From Ignavibacteriota bacterium (GTDB taxonomy: Bacteria; Bacteroidota; Ignavibacteria; UBA10030; UBA6906), in contig CAWKHH010000003.1 of assembly GCA_963849385.1 (NCBI GenBank), forward strand, positions 419,974 to 483,973: DNA of 64,000 nucleotides, given 5' to 3'. The notes below the pieces were generated by a model that saw only the letters and a program-made list of their open reading frames with translations, had not been told where the DNA came from and did no database searches. Within the stretch, counting starts at the first letter, position 1; each line of letters begins with the position of its first letter. Below are positions 9,531-18,643 of the stretch, in pieces. Made by a program: the position numbers and the translations under genes.

Positions 9531-11717
9531 CTATTCTTCAAACCGTTCAGCCCGTTTGATACCGGGCACCCTGCGGAGCTTCTCCACGATTCGTGACAAA
9601 TGATCGGTGTGTTCCACATTCACAATGAACGTCCCGGCAAAATGACCATCTTCGGAATCGATGCTCACGCTCCGGATATTGGTGTTCTGGTATGTTGAGA
9701 TTGCGTGCGTGAGATCGTTGAGCATTCCCGGCCTGTCGTCTCCCGACACGCGCACACCGGCAACAAATAGAGTTCCGTTTTCGGCGGGCAGGCGAACCTC
9801 CATGATCCGGTCGGGAGCGGTCGCCATCATGGTCTGCAGGTTGTGGCAGGTACGCCTGTGGATCTTGATGCCCTCGCCCGTAGTGACGAATCCCACAACA
9901 TCATCCCCGGGCAGCGGCTGGCAACACTTTGCATAGTTGTGCAGGAAGTTGTCCTTCGACCCGTCCAGGACGATTCCTGTCGTAACACCACGGGCGGTGG
10001 AAATGAACCGGTTGAAAAGACCGTCGATGCGCGACTCCTCCTGTCCCGACGGAGACGGATGCTTTTGTTCTTCCTGATACTGCGCGATGAGGTCATCCGG
10101 ATCAATCGTGCCATCACGAATACCCAGATACAGCGCCATGGTCCCGTCGATCTTCCGCTCCCGTACGAACCGTGCCAGGTCGTCCTCGTTGACGCTCAAT
10201 TTTGACTTCTTCAGGCGCTTTTCCCAGAGCTCCCGGCCTTCGTCAATATCTTTGCGTTGCTCTTCCTTGATCCAGCGGCGGATATGGGCTTTCGCCTTGT
10301 GGGTAACGACGAACTTTTCCCAATCCGGATTCGGGGTTTGGTTCTTTGAAGTAAGGACTTCCACCTGATCGCCGCTCTTCAGCTTCGTATCGAGTGGAAC
10401 GATGCGCCCGTTCACCTTAGCGGCGAGCGTGTGGTCGCCCACTTTCGAGTGTATCTCATACGCAAAGTCGATGGGGGTGGATCCGCTCGGAAGGATCTTC
10501 AGGTCGCCCTTCGGCGTAAAAAGATATATCTCGTCCTGGTACAGATTCAGTTTGAAACTTTCCATCAGCTGTTGTGTCGGTACCTGGCCTTCGGCGGCAT
10601 TCTCGAAGATTTCGCGGACCCAGTTCACCCAGTTGGCGAGTTCCGGATCACCACTGGCAATGTTGTCTTTGTACATCCAGTGTGCAGCCACCCCCTTCTC
10701 CGCCACTTCATGCATCGACCGTGTGCGGATCTGCACCTCCACCATGCGCCCGTCCGGCCCGACCACGGTCGTATGAATGGATTGATATCCGTTCTTCTTG
10801 GGGACGGAGATGTAGTTCTTGAACCGCTCGGGATTCGGCATGTAGATATCCGACACAATGCCGTACACTCCAAAACAGTCGTTGGGGTCGGCGGTATCAA
10901 GAATGATCCGCACCGCGAAGAGGTCGTACACTTCTTCAAGCGGCTTGTTCCGCTTGATCATCTTGTTGTAGATGCTGTAGATGTGTTTGGGCCGTCCGCT
11001 GATCTCAAACTTGTATCCGGAATCTTTCAAGCGGCGTTCGAGCGGCTGGGAAAACTTGCGGATATAGTGTTCCCGTTCGCGCCGCCGTGACTTCAGATCA
11101 CGCGCGATCTGATCGTACGCCTCGCGGTGAATATGTTTGAAGGAGAGATCTTCCAGTTCCCATTTGATATTTGCGAGACCAAAGCGATGCGCAAACGGCG
11201 CATAGATGTCGAGCGTTTCTTTTGCCAGGCGACGTTGCTTTTCCGCCGGTAGATACTCGAGCGTCCGCATGTTGTGCAGGCGGTCGGCGAACTTTACCAG
11301 CATGACCCGGACGTCATTCATCATGGAGAGCAGCATCTTGCGGTAGCTCTCAGCCTGGGTCACGTCGTGGCTCTTGAAGATGTCCGAGATCTTTGTGGCG
11401 CCGTCCACGATATCGGCAATCGTATTTCCGAATTCCTCCCGGATGTCTTTGATCTGATACTCGGTGTCTTCGGCAACGTCATGGAGTAACGCAGCCGCCA
11501 CGGAGATATCATCGAGGGGGATTTCTTTCGCGACAATTTTGGCTACTGCATAGGGGTGGTCAAAGAAGGGTTCGCCGGACGCACGGATATCGTGACGGTG
11601 AGCATTGAAGCTGAAATCGAACGCACGCCGGATCAGCGCGTCATCGACTCGTGGAAGGCTCTTCTCACAGATGAGGAGAAGATCGTCAAGCTTTTTCTTG
11701 TATTTGGGGTTTGTCAT
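9531..11717 (-). CDS. relA: Bifunctional (p)ppGpp synthetase/hydrolase, RelA/SpoT homologue
   Basis: 728 aa with HD hydrolase domain (HDVAEDT), synthetase domain, TGS domain and C-terminal ACT domain. Confidence 0.95.
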   Translation of the reverse strand: MTNPKYKKKLDDLLLICEKSLPRVDDALIRRAFDFSFNAHRHDIRASGEPFFDHPYAVAKIVAKEIPLDDISVAAALLHDVAEDTEYQIKDIREEFGNTIADIVDGATKISDIFKSHDVTQAESYRKMLLSMMNDVRVMLVKFADRLHNMRTLEYLPAEKQRRLAKETLDIYAPFAHRFGLANIKWELEDLSFKHIHREAYDQIARDLKSRRREREHYIRKFSQPLERRLKDSGYKFEISGRPKHIYSIYNKMIKRNKPLEEVYDLFAVRIILDTADPNDCFGVYGIVSDIYMPNPERFKNYISVPKKNGYQSIHTTVVGPDGRMVEVQIRTRSMHEVAEKGVAAHWMYKDNIASGDPELANWVNWVREIFENAAEGQVPTQQLMESFKLNLYQDEIYLFTPKGDLKILPSGSTPIDFAYEIHSKVGDHTLAAKVNGRIVPLDTKLKSGDQVEVLTSKNQTPNPDWEKFVVTHKAKAHIRRWIKEEQRKDIDEGRELWEKRLKKSKLSVNEDDLARFVRERKIDGTMALYLGIRDGTIDPDDLIAQYQEEQKHPSPSGQEESRIDGLFNRFISTARGVTTGIVLDGSKDNFLHNYAKCCQPLPGDDVVGFVTTGEGIKIHRRTCHNLQTMMATAPDRIMEVRLPAENGTLFVAGVRVSGDDRPGMLNDLTHAISTYQNTNIRSVSIDSEDGHFAGTFIVNVEHTDHLSRIVEKLRRVPGIKRAERFEE

Positions 11718-11791
11718 AGCATCCGGCGTCAGGAGTCCCTGAGAAAAATATAGGTGCTCCGGGAGGTATTGTCAAGCAACGCGGCGGAATG

Positions 11792-12421
11792 CTATTTCTC
11801 CGTGCCGAACATGCGATCACCCGCGTCACCCAGGCCCGGGAGGATGTAGCCCCGTGCATTCAGCCTGCGATCAAGGGCGGCGGAGAAAATCGCGACATCC
11901 GGGTGATGTCTCGCCATGTTGCGGACGCCTTCCGGCGCTGCAACAAGCCCCACAAACCGGATTCGCCGGGCACCGCGACGCTTGAGAAACGTCACCGCCG
12001 CCGAGGCACTCCCGCCGGTCGCAAGCATCGGATCCAGCAAAAGCACCAGACTGCGGCCCAACCCTTCAGGGAACTTCGAATAATAATCAACGGGTTCAAG
12101 CGTCTTTTCGTTCCTGTAGAGACCGACGTGACCGACTCGTGCCTCGGGAAGGACATCAAGGAATCCGTCAATCAAACCCAGCCCCGCCCGCAATACCGGC
12201 ACGACCACGATATCTTCACCGAGAACATAGCCTGCCGTCCGTTCGAGCGGCGTCTGCACGTGCGTCTTCTTCAAGCGAAGATCATGGGTCACGGTGAATG
12301 CCATGATTGATGAAATCCGGCGCAATGTCGTGCGGAACAGATGATTGTCGGTCTTCTGGTTTCGAATGATCGTAAGATCGCGCTTGATGAGCGGGTGATC
12401 GATAATCGTCAGATGCTTCAT
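11792..12421 (-). CDS. upp: Uracil phosphoribosyltransferase
   Basis: 209-aa protein starting at MKHLTIIDHPLIKRDLTIIRN. PRPP-binding loop LLLDPMLATGGS. The listed 379-aa ORF is an in-frame read-through. The true ATG at 12421-12419 forms an ATGA overlap with the upstream gene. Confidence 0.9.
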   Translation of the reverse strand: MKHLTIIDHPLIKRDLTIIRNQKTDNHLFRTTLRRISSIMAFTVTHDLRLKKTHVQTPLERTAGYVLGEDIVVVPVLRAGLGLIDGFLDVLPEARVGHVGLYRNEKTLEPVDYYSKFPEGLGRSLVLLLDPMLATGGSASAAVTFLKRRGARRIRFVGLVAAPEGVRNMARHHPDVAIFSAALDRRLNARGYILPGLGDAGDRMFGTEK

Positions 12422-13794
12422 GGTCGAATCCCGTGTAATCGAAGTTTCTCGAGTGCGTTCGCCGCGATGAGCAATGGATCCCACAGCGGCGAAAAGGACG
12501 GAGCGTAAGCGAAATCGGTCTTTTGAAACTGCTCCAGCGTCAAGGCGTGCTGCAGCGCAACGGCCAGCGCGTGACTGCGCAACACAGTGCCTTCGGTCCC
12601 CCAGAGCGTTCCACCAAGGAGTCTTCCGGTATCCCGTTCCGCGGTGATCGTCACACCGATCGGGACGCTTCCGGGCATGATCGAGACGCGTGACCTGGAG
12701 AGAATTGTCTCCGTGACCGCGTGAAATCCGGCGGCTGTCGCATCGCTCGCAGTCAAGCCGACACGCGCCACCTGGCCCTCGAACACTCTCAGGGCAATGC
12801 TCCTGAGTACTCCGGGAAAGACCCCCCTCCCACCGGCGGCATTCTGCCCTGCAACCCACCCGGCCCGGTTCGCGTTTGTGGCAAGAGGCGCGTAGACCGG
12901 TCTCTTGGTGATGAGATCCTTGTACTCGCAACAGTCACCCGCCGCGAAAATGCCTTCGAGAGAAGTCTGTTGCCGTTGATCGGTCAGAATTCCACCGTAT
13001 CTGCCGAGACGGATGCCTGCAGCCAATGCCAATCCGGTTGCGGGAACGATGCCGGCGGCAATGATCACCAGATCAGCCGGAAATGTGCGGTCAGAAGTGA
13101 GAACATGGGTCACACAATTTGTCTTGTCGACGGGGAGACCGACAACCAGCGCGCCCGGCACCACCTCAACTCCGTGTGAGGCAAGAAGGTCGGCAACGTA
13201 GTTCCGGGCGGATGGATCAAGATCGCGCAGAATCGACTCGCGCTGCTCCAGGATGCTCACCTCACATCCGCGGACACGAAGCGCCTCGGCAATTTCCACA
13301 CCGATGTAGCCGCCACCGATGACCACCGCACGATGAGGGTGCTCGTTGTCGATGTACGAACGCAGCGCGATTGCACCATCGAACGACCGGACAGGAAACA
13401 CATTGCGTGCGTTTTCACCGCTGAGATTGAGCGCACGCGGGCGCGCACCGGTGGCAATCACGAGCCGGTCGTACGGTTCATTGTATATCCGGCCGCCCGA
13501 CAATTCCCGCACTGCAATGCTGCGTCGTGTGGGAGAGATGGATTCCACACGTTGCAGCGTCCGCACCTCCACTCCCTTCTCTTTCCCCATGCTGCCCGGA
13601 GTGTGCACCACGAGATCCTCGGCACGGACCTCCCCTGCAATGAAGTATGGTATCTCGCAGATGCCGTAGGAGATTGTGTCGGATTGCTCAAAGAGCGTCA
13701 CCTGTACATCCGGATTTGTACGTGCGGCTTTGCTCGCAGCACTCGGTCCGGCGGCAACTCCCCCGATAATCAGGATGCGTTTCGTAACCGGCAT
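12418..13794 (-). CDS. FAD-dependent pyridine nucleotide-disulfide oxidoreductase (NADH oxidase / CoA-disulfide reductase family)
   Basis: Two Rossmann dinucleotide motifs (ILIIGGVAAGPSAA and AVVIGGGYIGVE). Dimerisation domain at the C-terminus. Candidate active-site Cys in ISYGICEIPYF. Confidence 0.8.
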   Translation of the reverse strand: MPVTKRILIIGGVAAGPSAASKAARTNPDVQVTLFEQSDTISYGICEIPYFIAGEVRAEDLVVHTPGSMGKEKGVEVRTLQRVESISPTRRSIAVRELSGGRIYNEPYDRLVIATGARPRALNLSGENARNVFPVRSFDGAIALRSYIDNEHPHRAVVIGGGYIGVEIAEALRVRGCEVSILEQRESILRDLDPSARNYVADLLASHGVEVVPGALVVGLPVDKTNCVTHVLTSDRTFPADLVIIAAGIVPATGLALAAGIRLGRYGGILTDQRQQTSLEGIFAAGDCCEYKDLITKRPVYAPLATNANRAGWVAGQNAAGGRGVFPGVLRSIALRVFEGQVARVGLTASDATAAGFHAVTETILSRSRVSIMPGSVPIGVTITAERDTGRLLGGTLWGTEGTVLRSHALAVALQHALTLEQFQKTDFAYAPSFSPLWDPLLIAANALEKLRLHGIRP

Positions 13795-15110
13795 TATTTC
13801 GTCTTGAGCGATATCACAAGCGGGACTCCGGTGAACCCGAAGTGTTCGCGGAGCCGGTTCTCCAGAAACCGTTCATACGTTTCGTCAATGAGCTTCGGAT
13901 CGTTGCAGAAGAACGCGAACACCGGGGGCTGGATCTTCACCTGCGTCACGAATTTAATCTTGATCTCCTTCCCGGATCTGCTGCGCGGCGGATGAGCGGC
14001 GATTTCCACCTCCATCACAGCGTTCAACCGGCTTGTCGTAATCCGCTTGCGTTGCTCGGCATCCACTTGCTTTACCACTTCAATCAGCTTATAGATTCTC
14101 TGTTTGTCAAGCACGGAGATGAAGATGATCGGAATGTAATCGTACGTGCGCAAACGTTCCCGCAAGGCCCGTTCGAAGAGCGCGGCAGTATGCTGGTCCT
14201 TTTCTACCAGATCCCACTTGTTCACCGCCAGCACTATCGCCTTACGTTTCTCAACGGCGGTCTCGACGATGTGCAGATCCTGGTGCTCAAGGCCTTCCTG
14301 CGCGTCAAGCAGAATAACCGCCACATCACATCGTTCGATGCTCTTGATCGTGCGGACAGCGCTGAAGAGTTCGACCGATTCCTTTACGCGACTTTTGCGG
14401 CGCAGTCCTGCGGTATCGATGAGCAGGATCTCTTCCCCGTGGTATTTCAGCACCGCATCGATCGGGTCCCGTGTCGTTCCGGGAATATCCGTCACGATGT
14501 GTCGATCCTCCTGGAGCAGCGCGTTCACCAGCGATGACTTGCCGGTATTGGGTTTGCCAATGATCGCGATCTTGAGGCGGGGATCAGTGTCCTCTTGTTC
14601 GGTAGAGGGGATGCTAAGCGTCACGGCATCCAGCAGATCCCCGATGCGTCGGCCGCCAAGGGCGGAAACGGGAATCGGTTCGCCGAGCCCGAGCGCATAG
14701 AATTCGCCCAGAACCTGTTCCTTCTTCTCGCTGTCGGCCTTGTTCACGATTAAGAGCACCTGCTTCTCCGCACGCCGCAGCACGTCTGCGATCTCGCGGT
14801 CAGCGGGAAGCGGCCCCGCTTCCCCATCCACGACGAACAGCACCAGCTGCGCTTCCTCTATGGCAATCTGCGCCTGCTCGCGGATCGCAATTTCCATGAC
14901 ATTCTCTGAAGCGGGAACAAACCCGCCTGTGTCGATCAGCGTAAAATGCTTGCCGCTCCACTCCGCATCTGCGTAGTGCCGATCGCGCGTCACACCGGGC
15001 AGGTCATGCACAATCGCGCGTCGGTACCCTATGATGCGATTGAAGAGGGTGGATTTTCCGACGTTTGGCCGCCCCACCAGAGCAACGAGCCATCGTGAGG
15101 TTGTTGCCAT
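13794..15110 (-). CDS. der: Ribosome-biogenesis GTPase Der (EngA)
   Basis: Two tandem GTPase domains (GRPNVGKSTLFN and GKPNTGKSSLVN) plus a C-terminal KH-like domain. Confidence 0.95.
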   Translation of the reverse strand: MATTSRWLVALVGRPNVGKSTLFNRIIGYRRAIVHDLPGVTRDRHYADAEWSGKHFTLIDTGGFVPASENVMEIAIREQAQIAIEEAQLVLFVVDGEAGPLPADREIADVLRRAEKQVLLIVNKADSEKKEQVLGEFYALGLGEPIPVSALGGRRIGDLLDAVTLSIPSTEQEDTDPRLKIAIIGKPNTGKSSLVNALLQEDRHIVTDIPGTTRDPIDAVLKYHGEEILLIDTAGLRRKSRVKESVELFSAVRTIKSIERCDVAVILLDAQEGLEHQDLHIVETAVEKRKAIVLAVNKWDLVEKDQHTAALFERALRERLRTYDYIPIIFISVLDKQRIYKLIEVVKQVDAEQRKRITTSRLNAVMEVEIAAHPPRSRSGKEIKIKFVTQVKIQPPVFAFFCNDPKLIDETYERFLENRLREHFGFTGVPLVISLKTK

Positions 15111-15158
15111 TCTGGAGTATTCTTCCTACGTTTTCTTCATAGAACTGTGGAATGATCA

Positions 15159-15773
15159 ATGCTTCTGAGCATACATCCGGTAACACCCGAAGTGCGGATA
15201 GTCCGAAAGGCGGCCGAGGTCCTTGCCGCAGGTGGCATCGTGATCTACCCCACCGACACGGTGTACGGCATCGGATGCAGCATCGTAAACAAGAACGCGA
15301 TCGAGCGGATTTATCTCATCAAACGACAGCGGGTTGATAAGCCTTTCAGCTTTGTGTGTTCTGACCTCACCAACATCAGCGAGTACGCACATGTGAGCAA
15401 TGCGGCCTTTAAGATCATGAAACATCTTGTCCCGGGGCCCTATACGTTCATCCTCCCGGCCGCAAGGATGAAACAGCTTCCCAAGATCCTCGTGTCGAAA
15501 CGCAAGACCATCGGGGTGCGCGTCCCCGACAGCAAGGCCACGCTTGCCATTGTAAAAGAGCTTGGTCACCCCATCCTCAGCACGAGCGTGACCGATGAGA
15601 ATGGCGCAGTCCTTCATGATCCTGAAGACATCAAGGTGCTCTACAATAATGCCGTCGATCTCATACTCGATGGCGGCGTACTCTCCTCCGAACAATCCAC
15701 GGTGCTCGATCTCACGGGCGACGAACCGGTCGTTGTTCGCAATGGGGCCGGCGACGTCTCCATGCTTGGTTGA
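15159..15773 (+). CDS. tsaC: L-threonylcarbamoyladenylate synthase, YrdC/TsaC family
   Basis: YrdC signature IVIYPTDTVYGIGC; 204 aa; no Sua5 C-terminal domain. Confidence 0.8.
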   Translation: MLLSIHPVTPEVRIVRKAAEVLAAGGIVIYPTDTVYGIGCSIVNKNAIERIYLIKRQRVDKPFSFVCSDLTNISEYAHVSNAAFKIMKHLVPGPYTFILPAARMKQLPKILVSKRKTIGVRVPDSKATLAIVKELGHPILSTSVTDENGAVLHDPEDIKVLYNNAVDLILDGGVLSSEQSTVLDLTGDEPVVVRNGAGDVSMLG

Positions 15774-15781
15774 TCGCCGCT

Positions 15782-16675
15782 CTACTCCTTCGGCTGGCGG
15801 ACAATGTCTCCCGCCTTGATGCCGCTTCCCGATGCCACTTTTGCCTTTGCCGCTTTACCGTTCAGCATATCACTCTGCACCACGATATGCGCCACCTTTG
15901 TCTCTTCCGAGCCCATGGAAACACCCGTGTCAGGATCTTTGATTTCCTCGCCCGTCTGGAACACGTCGAGTTCCATACCCGTCGTGATATTCCCTTCCGA
16001 GCCGGGTTTGATCACGACCGTCCCATCAGTGTTGACCTTCACGATCCGGCCGGACCAGGGAATTTTCTCCATGTTGTCCGTGATCAATTCGACGGTCTTG
16101 TCGATTGCTTCACGGGCCGCTTTGCCTACATCCGTATCATTCCAATCGCTGACGTTGTCGAAGTGGAGATCTTCATAGCGTCCTTTGAACCCAAGAGTAG
16201 ATTCTGTGCCCTCTTCGGTCTCAGCCGCCAGAATTTCCCCCGTTGTGGTGTTCACGAGACGGATGTCAACAACGGCACGTGCCTGCTGCGAGCTCAGCCC
16301 GGCCCCGAAGACCCCGAGGCCGCCGCCGATGTCACGCTTCGAGGTGCCGAGTTCGGAGACACTTCCGATAACGAGAAGATCCACTCCCAGGAGTTTGCCG
16401 ACCGCCGGTGCGGTTTCGGCAGTGACCATTCCGGAAAGCCCAAGCTTCTGTTCTTGAATGACTTTGTCGATCTCTTTGCGTTCGATAACCATGAATTTCT
16501 TGGTTTTTACAAGAGCGGTTGAAAGCATGTCGGAAACGCCAATGCCACAGCCGCGGTATCCGTGACCGTCTTCGAACCGCGATACGGCAATGCGTTTCTT
16601 CGGCTGGGCGTTCGCCAGGGCGGCAACCAGCACGAAAATCGCCAGGAATGCGGTGGTGATGCGTCGGAGATTCAT
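15782..16675 (-). CDS. CsgG-family (curli production/transport component-like) lipoprotein
   Basis: Signal peptide MNLRRITTAFLAIFVLVAALANA (true start at 16675; the listed ORF has a 57-aa spurious extension). CsgG-like body: AVSRFED...GVSDMLSTALVKTKKFMVIER...QARAVVDIRLV. Confidence 0.75.
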   Translation of the reverse strand: MNLRRITTAFLAIFVLVAALANAQPKKRIAVSRFEDGHGYRGCGIGVSDMLSTALVKTKKFMVIERKEIDKVIQEQKLGLSGMVTAETAPAVGKLLGVDLLVIGSVSELGTSKRDIGGGLGVFGAGLSSQQARAVVDIRLVNTTTGEILAAETEEGTESTLGFKGRYEDLHFDNVSDWNDTDVGKAAREAIDKTVELITDNMEKIPWSGRIVKVNTDGTVVIKPGSEGNITTGMELDVFQTGEEIKDPDTGVSMGSEETKVAHIVVQSDMLNGKAAKAKVASGSGIKAGDIVRQPKE

Positions 16676-16842
16676 GAGTCGTCCTTTCTTCGAATCTGTG
16701 GTGTGTAGTGATAAGAATGTACCAAACCAATTGCGGGAATGCAACCGGCGGAAATTACGGTAGCTGAGGCAAGAAAAGCGAAACAGAAGCGAGATGGAAC
16801 TGTAGAGCAGTGGACTAGTGCACGAGCACGTCCGTGTGCCGT

Positions 16843-17001
16843 TCATCGGAAGCAGAAGGCGAACCAGCCTGGGGTCGTCTGATCCTCTGTAATCCGTTGG
16901 ATGATGGAACGCAGGCGTTCGAGGTCGGTGGTAATCGAAGCAATCTCCTTTTCAATTGCGGTGCGAGTTTCTTCCTTGCTCATTTGCATTCTTGTCCGCA
17001 T
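16843..17001 (-). CDS. Small hypothetical coiled-coil protein, 52 aa (MRTRMQMSKEETRTAIEKEIASITTDLERLRSIIQRITEDQ...). Not in the ORF track.
   Basis: Hand translation. GGAGG lies 4 nt upstream of the ATG. About 170 nt upstream of the csgG-like gene on the same strand. Weak evidence. Confidence 0.2.
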   Translation of the reverse strand: MRTRMQMSKEETRTAIEKEIASITTDLERLRSIIQRITEDQTTPGWFAFCFR

Positions 17002-17231
17002 GGATCCTCCTGACGCGATTGAACGAAGTCAACTGAAGGTTTTTCAGGAAAAGACTACAACGTCAGCCAGAATGCTAGGGGGTCTGGCCCGGTGTCATCC
17101 TTCTGGGAAAAGGGATTACAGATTGTGGCTTAGTCGGAAACGCAGCGAACGCCGCCCTGGTGGAGCATTTGGAAAGGCGGTTGAGATGTGCAGAAGGGTA
17201 CGGAGAGGGCTGGACAAAGTCAAGGGGTATT

Positions 17232-17978
17232 TCAGGAATCCACCCCAAGCGAGGTAAAATAGGATACCACCCTGTCATGACCTCCCTGCCGGGTATACAC
17301 ATCCGGAAGACGCGAGTCGATAACGCCGGCGATCACCGCAGCAACCTCTTCGGCACTTTGCCCGTCCGGCATTTGTCTTGAGTCGGGCCCGCCATGACGC
17401 GCATGGGCTCCAAACGCGGTGTACACCACCCCAGGCGAAACAAGTGAGAATTGAATTCCCGGATGCGTCTTCTGCAATTCTTCGCGGAAATTCGCAGTGA
17501 GGGCGTTCAGGAAATGCTTCGCCCCGCTGTATGCCGAACGCATGGTTACGTAGGGAATCCGTCCGAGCATCGAGGTGATGTTGATTACGTGCCCTGCATT
17601 GCGTGACTTGAAGTGCGGGAGCACCTCCTGCATCCCGTACAAGGATGACTTCACATTGACACGCATCATGTCGTCGATGTCATCGTCGGTAAGTTGCGAC
17701 GGAAGACGGCTGATCCCCTGACCCACATTGTTCACCCAGATGTCGATGCGGCCAAATTGCCTGAGCGATTCATCAACAACGCGACGTACCTCGCTCCGCC
17801 TCGTCATGTCAGCCACGACCGACAGGACCCTTTCACCACACTGAGACGCAACAATCTTCAGCGCATCAGCGCGCCTTGCGACAAGCACAACGGATGCCCC
17901 CTGACCTGCCAGCAGTATGGCTGCGGCAGCTCCAATGCCACTGCTCGCCCCTGTGATTACTATGACGCTGTCACGCAT
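17232..17978 (-). CDS. SDR-family short-chain dehydrogenase/reductase
   Basis: TGASSGIG nucleotide-binding motif; NNVG; catalytic YSGAK. Confidence 0.85.
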   Translation of the reverse strand: MRDSVIVITGASSGIGAAAAILLAGQGASVVLVARRADALKIVASQCGERVLSVVADMTRRSEVRRVVDESLRQFGRIDIWVNNVGQGISRLPSQLTDDDIDDMMRVNVKSSLYGMQEVLPHFKSRNAGHVINITSMLGRIPYVTMRSAYSGAKHFLNALTANFREELQKTHPGIQFSLVSPGVVYTAFGAHARHGGPDSRQMPDGQSAEEVAAVIAGVIDSRLPDVYTRQGGHDRVVSYFTSLGVDS

Positions 17979-18022
17979 CTTTCTCCCTTTCTCGTCTATG
18001 GCATTCCCCGTACGCGCTATCC

Positions 18023-18610
18023 CTACGCAGATTTCGTCTTTCCCGTCAGTTGTGCCATTGTGCGCCCATTGGCACAGTCGTCAATGAGCTTTCCCAATCG
18101 AGCCAACCGTGTCTCTTCCTTCTTGGCGCTCACCACCCACCAACAGACAGCTTTGCGGTACCAGGGAGCCTGTGCGTGGAAATAGTCCCACGCCACCCTG
18201 TTTTTCCTGAGGAGTTTTCCGTACGGATCAGGAAGTTCAGGGCTCCGTTGTTCGTAGGAGTAAATCCCGGACCTGTTTTCTTTCCGCGCTTCAAATGCCC
18301 GGAGACCCGCCGGCTGCATCCTTCCTTCTTCAATCAGTGCCTGCGCACGCTTGATGTTGACTTCGCTCCAGATGCTGATTCGCCTGCGGGGCGTGAAGCG
18401 AATGGCGTAGCTGATGTCATCTACGCTCTTTCGAATGCCATCGATCCAGCCAACGCAAAGAGCCTCATCTACGGATTCAGGCCACGTAATGCTTGCCCTT
18501 CCGGAGCCGACCTTGAAGTAGGCAATCCAGAGCTCCTGAGAGGCGGCATGGTGCTTCTCAAACCACTTCCGGAGAGCCGCCGGTGACCGGAAAAACTGCA
18601 CTTCCATCAT
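18023..18610 (-). CDS. YdeI/OmpD-associated (DUF1801-like) family protein
   Basis: FRSPAALRKWFEKHHAASQELWIAYFK...GWIDGIRKSVDD pattern typical of the YdeI/OmdA family. Confidence 0.7.
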   Translation of the reverse strand: MMEVQFFRSPAALRKWFEKHHAASQELWIAYFKVGSGRASITWPESVDEALCVGWIDGIRKSVDDISYAIRFTPRRRISIWSEVNIKRAQALIEEGRMQPAGLRAFEARKENRSGIYSYEQRSPELPDPYGKLLRKNRVAWDYFHAQAPWYRKAVCWWVVSAKKEETRLARLGKLIDDCANGRTMAQLTGKTKSA

Positions 18611-18643
18611 AGGATCTCTCGATTCGACGGACTGGCCGCCGCT

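Noticed and set aside
11792-12931. 379-aa ORF suggesting a long N-terminally extended Upp
   Set aside because: The first ~170 aa are Arg/Cys-rich junk read through the 3' end of the oxidoreductase gene in another frame. Authentic upp starts at 12421 (MKHLTIID...).
15782-16846. 354-aa version of the CsgG-like ORF starting at 16846
   Set aside because: Residues 1-57 precede an obvious signal peptide and look non-coding. Start reassigned to 16675.
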